The translations under genes and the position numbers were made by a program. Below the pieces are notes generated by a model. That model worked only from the letters and a program-made list of their open reading frames with translations. It was not told the DNA's origin and did no database searches. From a virus, in the IMG/VR virus record IMGVR_UViG_3300010392_005355, positions 9,611 to 73,610 of that record: 64,000 nt of DNA; one strand, 5' to 3'. Position 1 is the stretch's first letter, and every line of letters starts with the position of its first letter. Shown piece after piece: positions 36,881 through 44,992 of this stretch.

Positions 36881-36911
36881 TCAATATATACACTTTTAGT
36901 GTATCGTCAAG
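36881..36911 (-). promoter_or_regulatory. Moron promoter with palindromic operator
   Basis: TTGACG…TATATT on minus strand; ATACACT-TTT-AGTGTAT (36888-36904) between -35 and -10. Confidence 0.75.
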
Positions 36912-37034
36912 AGACTTTTTTAAAATAATCCAGATGCCCGCCCGTGCGTAATTGCGGGCGGTCAGCGTACCCCGCCCCGCCATGTCAGGCAGGCGGGTTT
37001 TTTTGTGTCTACAACCCCCGAAAGGACAAGTCCC

Positions 37035-37499
37035 ATGTTTGGATTCCTTAAGAAGCACGCGACACTCGCGACGGCATGCGCCGCCCTTGTGCTGTCTGCT
37101 TGCAATACCTTCACGGATCTTCGGCCGATGCCGGACATCTACGAAAACGCATCTGCCCCTGCCGACAAGGCGCTCGTCACGCTGAAGGCCTTCGGTGCCG
37201 CTCAGGATACGGTTCTAACCACCTGTGAGCCCGCTGAAGTCGGCACCGACCTGGCCAAGATGTGTGTTCCGCTCCTGAAAGCAGAGCAGACCCTTCGGCC
37301 CGGCGTGAATGCTGCCGGCCTGATTGCTGCAGAATATGCAGACGTCGACGCCCGCATTCGCGAGGTTGGCCCGGATGCTCCGGCTGAATGGCTGGCACTC
37401 TCCGCAGAGCTGGCCGGTCGCCTGGCCACCTCCTACGCGCCGATCAAGGCAGAAATCGATGACTTCATCGCCAAAGCAGGAGACCTGACCAATGGCTAA
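37035..37499 (+). CDS. Lipoprotein, possible spanin component
   Basis: AAAGGA RBS; LSAC lipobox; lysis region. Confidence 0.7.
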   Translation: MFGFLKKHATLATACAALVLSACNTFTDLRPMPDIYENASAPADKALVTLKAFGAAQDTVLTTCEPAEVGTDLAKMCVPLLKAEQTLRPGVNAAGLIAAEYADVDARIREVGPDAPAEWLALSAELAGRLATSYAPIKAEIDDFIAKAGDLTNG

Positions 37500-37806
37500 T
37501 CTCACAACAATTCTGGCGACAGCAGAGCGCACCCTCGGCGTGCTCAAGATGCTGGAGCCAATCCTTTCTGACACTCCATATGTCTCTGATGTCCTGGGCG
37601 TAATTGCCCGCGTCCTCGACGGTGCCCGCACCGGTAAGGTCGCATACGAGACGCTCGTGACGGAGCTGGAAGAACTGAATGTCGAGATGGAGGCGATCCG
37701 CGCGCGCGGTGAAGTCACCGGTGACGACATTCGTGACGAGGTTTCTGCCATCAAGCAGCGCGGCGAGCGTATCGACGCCCTGCTGGCACGCCTCGACGCC
37801 GAATGA
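37492..37806 (+). CDS. Helical hypothetical protein (lysis region)
   Basis: AGGAG RBS, overlaps upstream gene. Confidence 0.65.
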   Translation: MANLTTILATAERTLGVLKMLEPILSDTPYVSDVLGVIARVLDGARTGKVAYETLVTELEELNVEMEAIRARGEVTGDDIRDEVSAIKQRGERIDALLARLDAE

Positions 37807-37947
37807 CGCCTGACTAATCCGGCGTCGGAGTGTGGCCGGGCAGGGGCTTGGGGGCTTGTTTGCCCGGCCACACTCAACTCTCAACGGAGGATGCCATGCT
37901 GCATGCGGGACTCATCAGCGGCAATGGCGCTAAAGACGGGGTGTCAT

Positions 37948-38364
37948 ATGCCACCAATCAAATTCGTAGCCTATGGCATCAATCTGGCGATTGGGGCCAC
38001 GGCAGGCGCAGCCGCGCCAACATTTCCCTCGATGGTGGTTGCGGCCGCATGCGCCGGTTCTGCCTCTGCCATCGCATTCAACGCATTCAACGGCAAGGAC
38101 AGGCCGGTAGAGACAATCGTCTGGCGTGTGGTCAAGTCCTTCATCTTCTTTCTGATCGGTGTGGCGTTTGGTCTGTTCATGGGCAACTCAATCGCCGGGA
38201 TGCTGCCGGGTGTGGATCTGATCGGCGGAACCTTTCTAGGCGGCCTGCTTGGCTACGCGCTGACGGCCGTGCTTCTGAGCGGAAAGATAAGGGAGGCATA
38301 TTTGGAAGCCATTCTGGCCGTCCTGCGTATTATGTCAAAGGACAAGCCAAATGACGATCACTGA
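37948..38364 (+). CDS. Multi-TM membrane protein, holin-like
   Basis: Three to four hydrophobic helices; lysis region. Confidence 0.6.
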   Translation: MPPIKFVAYGINLAIGATAGAAAPTFPSMVVAAACAGSASAIAFNAFNGKDRPVETIVWRVVKSFIFFLIGVAFGLFMGNSIAGMLPGVDLIGGTFLGGLLGYALTAVLLSGKIREAYLEAILAVLRIMSKDKPNDDH

Positions 38365-38773
38365 TCTGATTAACGCCCATGAGAGCCCGCTCGTGATGGT
38401 CGCCTGCTTTGTTCAGGTGATCTTCGCGTTCTCAATCCTGTTTGCAACGGCAGAGCAGCCCGCCATGACGCCGCACATGCCATGGGTGGGCCGGGGGCAT
38501 GTGAGGATTCCGCTGCGCCGTATGCTGCGCTTTGTCCTGTGCCTCGGCTGGGTTGGCGTCATTTTCGGCGCGATGCTGTCCGGCATCGGAATTCTTTCCG
38601 ATCTGTCGCACTGGTCCGGCCCGGTCATCAGCCAGGCTCAAAACGATTTCGGGGTGATGGTCTCGCGTATATCCGGCGCGATCATCCTGCCCCATGTGAG
38701 CTACATTGTCTGGAAGCTCGCAACTGTCTGGGTGAGCTGTGGATTTCACATCCACGGCCCTCACCGGAAGTAA
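38351..38773 (+). CDS. Three-TM membrane protein
   Basis: Hydrophobic segments; AAGGA RBS. Confidence 0.65.
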   Translation: MTITDLINAHESPLVMVACFVQVIFAFSILFATAEQPAMTPHMPWVGRGHVRIPLRRMLRFVLCLGWVGVIFGAMLSGIGILSDLSHWSGPVISQAQNDFGVMVSRISGAIILPHVSYIVWKLATVWVSCGFHIHGPHRK

Positions 38774-38838
38774 CCGCGTAGAGTTCGTTACCCCCACAAT
38801 TTGACCCCCAAACTCAGGCCTGCAAAGGAGACTATCCC

Positions 38839-39261
38839 ATGCCTGTTACTCACTATCCCGTTCCAGATCAGGAATCCGCTAAGCGCCAACTTACAATTGC
38901 TGAAGCGATCTATCAGCTTCGCGCAGAGCGTGAGCAGCACGCCAATCGCATTGACGAGATCGACGCGGAAGAACCGGCCCTGATCAAGGAGTACCTCGAA
39001 CTGCAAGCTGCCCAGACATACGCCCTGATCGGCAAGGTTATTGAGCTGGAAGACCCCAAGCCCGAACCGGAGCCGGAGATTGACCCGGTCGAAGACCCGG
39101 CCCCTGACACGCCAGCTGAAGGCAGCGAAACACCAGAGGCCGAAGCAGAGGGAACGTCTGAAGCTGAGGTCACAGACGGCGAAGAAGCCGCAGAAACGCC
39201 CACTGATGGCGAAAGCGGCGATCCGGCACCAGAACAGCCGGAGACTGCAGAAACGGCCTGA
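38839..39261 (+). CDS. Coiled-coil protein with very acidic disordered tail
   Basis: AAGGAG RBS; E/D/P/T-rich C-terminal half. Confidence 0.75.
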   Translation: MPVTHYPVPDQESAKRQLTIAEAIYQLRAEREQHANRIDEIDAEEPALIKEYLELQAAQTYALIGKVIELEDPKPEPEPEIDPVEDPAPDTPAEGSETPEAEAEGTSEAEVTDGEEAAETPTDGESGDPAPEQPETAETA

Positions 39262-39293
39262 CGCGCCACGACATCGCGATTATTCGCTATTTG

Positions 39294-39376
39294 CTCCCCC
39301 CTGGCCGTGTGGCTGGGGGGGAGTTTTTGCGTTTCTGAGCACAAAAAAAGCCCCCGCGTCCGGAGACAACGGGGGC
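39294..39376. terminator. Convergent terminators
   Basis: CTCCCCCCTGGCC…GGCTGGGGGGGAG + TTTTT (+ strand); A7-GCCCCCG…CGGGGGC (- strand). Confidence 0.75.
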
Positions 39377-39380
39377 AAGT

Positions 39381-40196
39381 TTACGCCGCAGCGCGGCTAT
39401 CCATCCACTTCACGAAGTCAAATACCTCGCTTTCGAACTCGTCCATGGTTTGCTCAAGCTGGTCGAGTTCTTCCTCGGCGCTCATCTTTTTGCCAACCAT
39501 GAGCGGCAGTCCGATGGCCGAGGCGGCCATAGAGAGCGAAGAAAGCAGGAAGGCGATAAGCCATGCAAATCCTTCTGCGTGCTCTCCGGGGGCTTCAGGG
39601 CGGCCCTGTGAGGTGGTCTTTACTGCCTCGGACTCCTGATCTCCCAAATCCTTCAGTGTGGCGACAAGCGCCGCTCCAAAGTCATTCATGGCCTGTTCTG
39701 TTTTTCCGCCTGCTATCCCGTCCAGTTTGCCGAGATAGAGCCCTTTGCCCTTCAAGAGGCGCTGGGCCTTCAGGATATCATCGCCGGTGACTATGGCGAG
39801 TTCTTCCTTGGCGGTTGCGATACGCTGCCGAATGACTGGCAGGGCATCGGTAGCAGAGTCGTACGCGGCCTGGCTCTCAATGGCGGCGTCCCGGTTCGCC
39901 TTGATCTCTCCGACCGTGGCGAGTGAGTTGCCGTAGACGTCGCCCGCGTAACAGACCACCGCCATGACGGCGGCAATGATCGCAACGTCTTTCATTCCGA
40001 TCCTGCTGGCAACGCCGATAGCGCCTGCGCAGAGGAAGGCGAGACCGGCAATGCCGATCCCGATAAGTCCGGCCCCAGAGAGGCCGTCGAACGCGCGTTC
40101 ATATCCCTGATAGGACATGCTCGCTGAGTTCAGGAGCACGAGACAACCGCAAGCGGTGATCGCGGCTCCGATGATGATACGGATAAAGCCGTTCAT
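39381..40196 (-). CDS. Membrane protein with peptidoglycan-binding domain and acidic tail
   Basis: Three N-terminal TMs; AQRLLKGKGLYLGKLDGIAGGKTEQAM (PG_binding_1 pattern); C-terminal TM. Confidence 0.8.
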   Translation of the reverse strand: MNGFIRIIIGAAITACGCLVLLNSASMSYQGYERAFDGLSGAGLIGIGIAGLAFLCAGAIGVASRIGMKDVAIIAAVMAVVCYAGDVYGNSLATVGEIKANRDAAIESQAAYDSATDALPVIRQRIATAKEELAIVTGDDILKAQRLLKGKGLYLGKLDGIAGGKTEQAMNDFGAALVATLKDLGDQESEAVKTTSQGRPEAPGEHAEGFAWLIAFLLSSLSMAASAIGLPLMVGKKMSAEEELDQLEQTMDEFESEVFDFVKWMDSRAAA

Positions 40197-40272
40197 TTCG
40201 TCGCTCCTTTCGTATGCTGACGGGGAAGCCCACCCTCAGAAAGAATGGGCTCTGCCGGTCAGCACCGGCTGG

Positions 40273-40464
40273 CTAGTTTGCTGCATTTGCCGACTCTGGC
40301 TGCGTAGTGATCAGCGACAGGTCTTCATTGAAGGTCTCGATCTCTTCGGCGCGACGGTCGAAGTAATCGGCTGTCAGTTGATCCGTGACCTGGATCGCTG
40401 CCCGAATGCGGGCGAAGCGGGCTTTGAGGTCAGCAGCGCGTTGAGCCTTGTTTGCTTTAGCCAT
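40273..40464 (-). CDS. 63-aa hypothetical protein
   Basis: AGGAG RBS before MAKANK. Confidence 0.7.
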   Translation of the reverse strand: MAKANKAQRAADLKARFARIRAAIQVTDQLTADYFDRRAEEIETFNEDLSLITTQPESANAAN

Positions 40465-40549
40465 GGTATTCTCCTGATTGTCAAAGAACTCCGGGAGGGT
40501 TCCCGGCACCCCAAAACCCGGCCTGATTTCTCAGGTCCGGGCGGTTGGT

Positions 40550-40660
40550 CTATTTTCTGCGCTTCGTTCGCAGTTGTATTTCGTACATTATTGAGCTGAA
40601 GATTGACCCAGCCACTGAGCCGATGATCAGCCCGCAAATCACGCCAAGTTCGTAGTCCAT
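40550..40660 (-). CDS. 36-aa single-TM peptide MDYELGVICGLIIGSVAGSIFSSIMYEIQLRTKRRK
   Basis: Own translation; AAAGGAG RBS; TM helix plus basic tail. Confidence 0.7.
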   Translation of the reverse strand: MDYELGVICGLIIGSVAGSIFSSIMYEIQLRTKRRK

Positions 40661-40739
40661 TTGAATTCTCCTTTTTGGCACCCCAAAACCCCACCGCCAT
40701 GACGCGAAGTGGGGCTGGTTGGGCGAGGGCCTTGGCCCT

Positions 40740-40826
40740 CTATTTCCCGGTTCTGAAGCACTTGCGGCCGAAGTATCTGGGCTTCTCTTCGGTGGGCTCT
40801 TGGGTCGGCGTTTGGTCTTCGTTCAT
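40740..40826 (-). CDS. 28-aa peptide MNEDQTPTQEPTEEKPRYFGRKCFRTGK, matches C-terminus of host protein 50315-50800
   Basis: Own translation; AAAGGAG RBS; first ORF after a TTGACA promoter; hairpin right after stop. Confidence 0.75.
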   Translation of the reverse strand: MNEDQTPTQEPTEEKPRYFGRKCFRTGK

Positions 40827-40848
40827 CGGGGTCTCCTTTGCTTCCGAT

Positions 40849-40903
40849 ACGTGTGATATACGTGTTACCTACGGCATTGTCAACGTGTTATTTGCGTGTT
40901 ACC
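40849..40903 (-). promoter_or_regulatory. Promoter of small-ORF operon with CGTGTTA direct repeats
   Basis: Minus-strand TTGACA (40878-40883) -17 nt- TATATC; CGTGTTA at 40861, 40884, 40895. Confidence 0.75.
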
Positions 40904-40929
40904 GAGAAAAAAGATGCAGAGGAGCCCGC

Positions 40930-41184
40930 ATGGCGAAGAAATCGCGATCACAGGTAACAGCTGAGTATGAGGCCAGGGTCTCAGAGAAGGGGGGCGGGCG
41001 CTTCCCGACTATGACCTTGCAGCCGGACGAAATGGCGGCGTGGGAACGCGCTATGGCGCAGGATACCGGGCCGGATCGTGGCAAGGCGAAGCGAACGTTG
41101 ATGCGCGCATTGGCGGCGCTTGAGCAGCGCAATGAGCCATCGAACGCCGAAATCATCGAGATGTTGAAGGCGCGCCTGAAATGA
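40930..41184 (+). CDS. Small DNA-binding protein (RHH-like), probable regulator of the divergent operon
   Basis: GAGGAG RBS; strand-helix-helix pattern (PTMTLQPDEMAAWE). Confidence 0.6.
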   Translation: MAKKSRSQVTAEYEARVSEKGGGRFPTMTLQPDEMAAWERAMAQDTGPDRGKAKRTLMRALAALEQRNEPSNAEIIEMLKARLK

Positions 41185-41220
41185 CGCGCAAACTGTAGTA
41201 ACTATCGAAGGAGTAGCCGG

Positions 41221-41520
41221 ATGAAAGAGTCGTCAAAATGTCTCCACATGGCAGTCCTGACTTCGCCAGAGACGGCTGCGCGAATGGCCGAAGCCGAGCG
41301 AATCAATAGGTATATGGCCACCGACGATTTCAGCGATGAGGAGGTGGCACGAGTCGATGATCTCGCTCTAACAACGCGCTTGAGCCGCCTTGAGGCGTAC
41401 TATCGTGTGCGGGCGGAGCGCCACATGACGCCTGCGCAAGTTCAGGCTTTCGATGAGTTGACCCGGAAGACGGGGATGAGGCTTGACGATTTTCTAGAGG
41501 TTACGGGCGGCAAACTGTAA
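41221..41520 (+). CDS. Hypothetical protein, last prophage gene
   Basis: AAGGAG RBS, 99 aa. Confidence 0.6.
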   Translation: MKESSKCLHMAVLTSPETAARMAEAERINRYMATDDFSDEEVARVDDLALTTRLSRLEAYYRVRAERHMTPAQVQAFDELTRKTGMRLDDFLEVTGGKL

Positions 41521-41595
41521 TCAGGGCGAGCGATCCGTCCCCGCGAGTGAGGATGTGATCACGTATGGCGCGGGGGAGAACGTCCCGGCAACGTC

Positions 41596-41619
41596 TTGGA
41601 AAAACAGTTGGAAAAACAG
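41596..41619. repeat. Tandem 12-bp repeat, candidate integrase arm-type sites
   Basis: TTGGAAAAACAG x2 plus a degenerate third copy (41622-41633), about 60 bp before the tRNA. Confidence 0.6.
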
Positions 41620-41635
41620 CACCGCAAAAACGGGG

Positions 41636-41664
41636 TTGCGATTGGGGCGGATCACCAGTAGTTA
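41636..41664 (+). promoter_or_regulatory. tRNA promoter
   Basis: TTGCGA -17 nt- TAGTTA. Confidence 0.6.
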
Positions 41665-41676
41665 CTGCACTTCGGC

Positions 41677-41750
41677 GCGGGTATAGCACAATGGTAGTGC
41701 AGCAGCCTTCCAAGCTGAGTATGTCGGTTCGATTCCGTCTACCCGCTCCA
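41677..41750 (+). tRNA. tRNA-Gly(TCC)
   Basis: GCGGGTA/TACCCGC acceptor stem, CTTCCAA anticodon loop, GGTTCGATTCC T-arm, encoded CCA. Confidence 0.97.
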
Positions 41751-41968
41751 AGCCTTTCTCTCTCACATCGATAAGTTTTTCCGCAGGACCATCAGCAGGG
41801 CCTCGATCAGGCCGATGGCGATTCGAGCCCTCGCCTCACCCTCAAGCACGCCGCCCTGCCGGGCGGTTTTTGGGGTGAAGAAAGTGTGAATGAAAGGTTT
41901 TGGAGTGACTTTGAATTATTGGTCCATTTAGGAGTAAAATTAATTCCGCTTCCCGTAAGATAGACGTC

Positions 41969-43792
41969 ATGCGTTTATCGACCATCACCAATGTCGCCTA
42001 TGTCACCACGGTAGCGCTTTCCATGATTGCGGGCGCCGCCATGCTGATGGCCTCCAATTCCATGCGAGCCGAGCGCGCCGCCGTGCAGCAGCGCCATGTG
42101 CTGGACAAGGCCACGTCAGGGCTGGACCGCGAGATATTCTACCAGTCTGAAAAGGCCCGGGAATATGTCATCTCCGGCAATTCGGAATATCTGGAAGACT
42201 TCAAGGCAGGCGTCGTCAATCTGAATGACACGCAGGCCATGCTGAGCCGTGTCACAGATGCGGGGGCGAGCCAGGAAGAATTGTCCACTTTGGTGACGGC
42301 AGTCGACATGGCGAAGACGCTGGTCAACGACCAGCAGCGCGCCATTGAGGCCTTTCAGGCCGGTGACATTGAAACGGCACGCAAGATGCTGTTTAGCGAC
42401 CATTATGAAGGCGAACTGGGCCTGATCGATTCCACCATTCTGCGCTTTCAGAGCCTGCTGGACCAGCGCACACAGGCGGAGGTGGAGGAGTCCATCCGCC
42501 GCTCGCACTTCTGGCGGGTGCTGTCTGAAGTGGTTCTGGCCGTAACGGCCCTGATGTTCCTGTGTGTTCTGTATTTCATCCTGAAGCGCCGTATCCTGCG
42601 CCCGGTGGTCAAGCTGAGCGATGTGGTCACCCGTCTGGCGGCGGAGGATTACACCGTCGAGATGAGTGAATTCCACCAGATGGACGAGATCGGCGACATG
42701 GCCGAGGCGGTGAAGGTCTTCCGCGAAAACGGCCTGGAGCGCCTGCGCCTTGAGAAGAAGCTGGAACGGGATCTGAAGCTGCGCAATCTGCTGAGCCGCA
42801 TGACGCACCGGATGCAGGCGTGTGAGAGCAAGCAGGAGGTGGCCAATGTTGTGCGCCTGTTCCTGCCGGTTATCCTGCCGGGCTATGCGGGCAGGATGTA
42901 CCTGTTTGACGAGAGCGATACCGTCATGCGCCAGGTTTGCGACTGGCTTGAGCCGGTCGGCTCGGCAGCGACATTCGCTCCCGGTGACTGCTGGGCGATC
43001 CGGCGAGGCGCGCCGCATCGTCAGGGCGGGGATCAAACCGACATGCCCTGCCAGCATATGTTCTCGCCGGGCCATGTGGAGGGCGAACTGGAAAACAATG
43101 TCGCCACACTCTGTGTTCCGCTGACAGCGCAGCGCGAGGTGATCGGCCTGTTGTATTGCGAGATCCCGGAAGGCCTGATCAGCATCGAGGAAGAGCACTA
43201 TGTGTTCATGATGGCAGAGAATATCTCCCTGTCGCTGGCCAACATGCATCTGCGTGAGGAGCTGCAAGAGCAGGCCATGGAAGACGCCCTGACGGGCCTG
43301 TCCAATCGCCGCAAGATGGAGCAGCGCCTCGGCACATTATTGTATGATGCGCGCGAAACCGGCCAGCCGGTCAGCTGTATCATGCTGGATGTGGATAATT
43401 TCAAATCCTTCAACGACACATATGGCCACGAAATGGGCGACCGTGTGCTGAAGGAAGTGGCCAATGTGCTGACATCCCATACGCGGGAAGACGGCCTGGC
43501 TTTCCGCTATGGCGGGGAGGAGTTTGTCATCCTGCTGCCAGGCGTCGAGCCGGGCGATGCGGTGCGCCGGGCCGAGAGCATGCGCAAGGCTATTGCTGCG
43601 CTGCACTTCAATTTCAACGACACGCCTGTCGACAAGGTCACCGCCTCTTTCGGGGTCGCAACTTCGCCTAATCACTGTTCTGGCAACAGGCTGATCATGA
43701 CGGCGGATGCGGCGCTGTACGAGTCCAAGGAACAGGGCCGTAACCGCGTTACCAAGGCCCTGCTCAGCGCGAATGAGGGCATGGTGGCGTAA
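41969..43792 (+). CDS. Membrane diguanylate cyclase (periplasmic sensor-HAMP-GAF-GGDEF)
   Basis: Two TMs; DEIGDMA HAMP; DALTGLSNRR, DVDNFK, RYGGEEF. Confidence 0.93.
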   Translation: MRLSTITNVAYVTTVALSMIAGAAMLMASNSMRAERAAVQQRHVLDKATSGLDREIFYQSEKAREYVISGNSEYLEDFKAGVVNLNDTQAMLSRVTDAGASQEELSTLVTAVDMAKTLVNDQQRAIEAFQAGDIETARKMLFSDHYEGELGLIDSTILRFQSLLDQRTQAEVEESIRRSHFWRVLSEVVLAVTALMFLCVLYFILKRRILRPVVKLSDVVTRLAAEDYTVEMSEFHQMDEIGDMAEAVKVFRENGLERLRLEKKLERDLKLRNLLSRMTHRMQACESKQEVANVVRLFLPVILPGYAGRMYLFDESDTVMRQVCDWLEPVGSAATFAPGDCWAIRRGAPHRQGGDQTDMPCQHMFSPGHVEGELENNVATLCVPLTAQREVIGLLYCEIPEGLISIEEEHYVFMMAENISLSLANMHLREELQEQAMEDALTGLSNRRKMEQRLGTLLYDARETGQPVSCIMLDVDNFKSFNDTYGHEMGDRVLKEVANVLTSHTREDGLAFRYGGEEFVILLPGVEPGDAVRRAESMRKAIAALHFNFNDTPVDKVTASFGVATSPNHCSGNRLIMTADAALYESKEQGRNRVTKALLSANEGMVA

Positions 43793-43808
43793 CAGCCCGC
43801 CAGACATG

Positions 43809-43842
43809 AAAACGCCCCCCGAATTCGTCGGAGGGCGCTTTC
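43809..43842. terminator. Bidirectional terminator
   Basis: AAAACGCCCCCCGA…TCGGAGGGCGCTTT between convergent genes. Confidence 0.7.
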
Positions 43843-43869
43843 TGCAAGACTGCGATATCTGAAAGCCGT

Positions 43870-44901
43870 TTACGGACGGTCGTTCAGGCGCGCGGCGGCT
43901 TCGATGTCGACCCAGTCGATAATCTTGAAGTTCTGGTCGACTTCCGATTCCGGATTGGCGTCATCCTGAACGATCATCACGCCTTTCGGGAAACCGGGCA
44001 GAGGCGTGGAATTGACGTCCAGGCCATCGGTATGGGTCACGCCGTCCACGCTGCCATCCGGGCTGGCAACGATGGTGATGACGCCGACTCGGGCATGCGG
44101 AGGTTCCAGATCATAGATGACATAGCGGTCAGCGGCCTGGGCGGAGGCGACGAGATAGCCATAGCCTTCCTCACCCTTCCAGATGCTGATGCCTTCGACA
44201 TCCGCGACAAGACCCTGACGGGCGGCGATCGTATCTACGGAGAGGGCGATGCTCTCATCATTGACGAGATCCAGCTTCCAGATGCCGTGCTCTTCCTCGC
44301 CGACAAAGACCTGGCGGCCATCATCTTCCACGACGCAGCCTTCCAGCTGGCTGTCGAATTTGTAGGTGCGGACCAGCTCTGCATTCAGGCCTTTGGCTTC
44401 GGCATAGGGCAGGGACCAGATCTGGATCGTGCCGTCCTTGTAGGTCGGCATGGCCAGGAAATTGCCATCGATCAGGCCGGCGCAGATGCCGTAGGGCTCA
44501 TCCTTCAGGGTGGGCGTGTCACCGATATGCGTTACGGTCTGCGTCGCCGGATCGATGGAGAACCAGCTGACGGACTTCGTTTCGTCATTGGAGGCAATAG
44601 CAATATTGCCGCGCACATCCACATTGTTGATGCGGCCGGTATCGACGAATTGCGTCTTCTTGCCGGTCAGATCGTAGACATAGAGGCCTTCATCCTTGTT
44701 GGTGCCGAGGATCAGGCTTTTGGAGGCGTCCAGCGGATTGACCCACAGGGCCGGATCATCGGCGGTGTCGCCCCGGGTCGGCATCGGGTCTGTTTCGAAG
44801 GCGGCATAGACGTTTGCCGTCTCGACTTCGTAGATGTCCTGCGCTGGCTCGGTCGCACATGCGGCGACCAGCAGGGCGGCGAGGGGAAGATAGCGTTTCA
44901 T
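43870..44901 (-). CDS. Beta-propeller 3-phytase (lipoprotein)
   Basis: ADDPALW, GRINNVD, EPYGIC, QLEGCV, ADVEG, TDGLD, QNFK; LVAAC lipobox. Confidence 0.93.
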   Translation of the reverse strand: MKRYLPLAALLVAACATEPAQDIYEVETANVYAAFETDPMPTRGDTADDPALWVNPLDASKSLILGTNKDEGLYVYDLTGKKTQFVDTGRINNVDVRGNIAIASNDETKSVSWFSIDPATQTVTHIGDTPTLKDEPYGICAGLIDGNFLAMPTYKDGTIQIWSLPYAEAKGLNAELVRTYKFDSQLEGCVVEDDGRQVFVGEEEHGIWKLDLVNDESIALSVDTIAARQGLVADVEGISIWKGEEGYGYLVASAQAADRYVIYDLEPPHARVGVITIVASPDGSVDGVTHTDGLDVNSTPLPGFPKGVMIVQDDANPESEVDQNFKIIDWVDIEAAARLNDRP

Positions 44902-44992
44902 GACGTGTCAGCTCCTTGAGGAGGGGAAAAGGAAGAGGCCGGGCAAGGGTGTGTCCTGCCCGGCCTCAGAGATCAAGCTCTATCCGAGCGAA

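Larger units (their letters stand above)
1..41650. mobile_element. Lambdoid siphovirus prophage (left end and integrase outside window)
   Basis: Complete order: early genes, cI/cro, replication, terminase, portal, capsid, tail, tape measure, lysin, morons; ends next to a tRNA; host-type genes follow. Confidence 0.95.

Noticed and set aside
41677-41750. tRNA pseudogene or att remnant because of the T-stem mismatch
   Set aside because: Full length, with intact acceptor, D and anticodon arms, CCA, promoter and downstream hairpin; a single mismatch is tolerated
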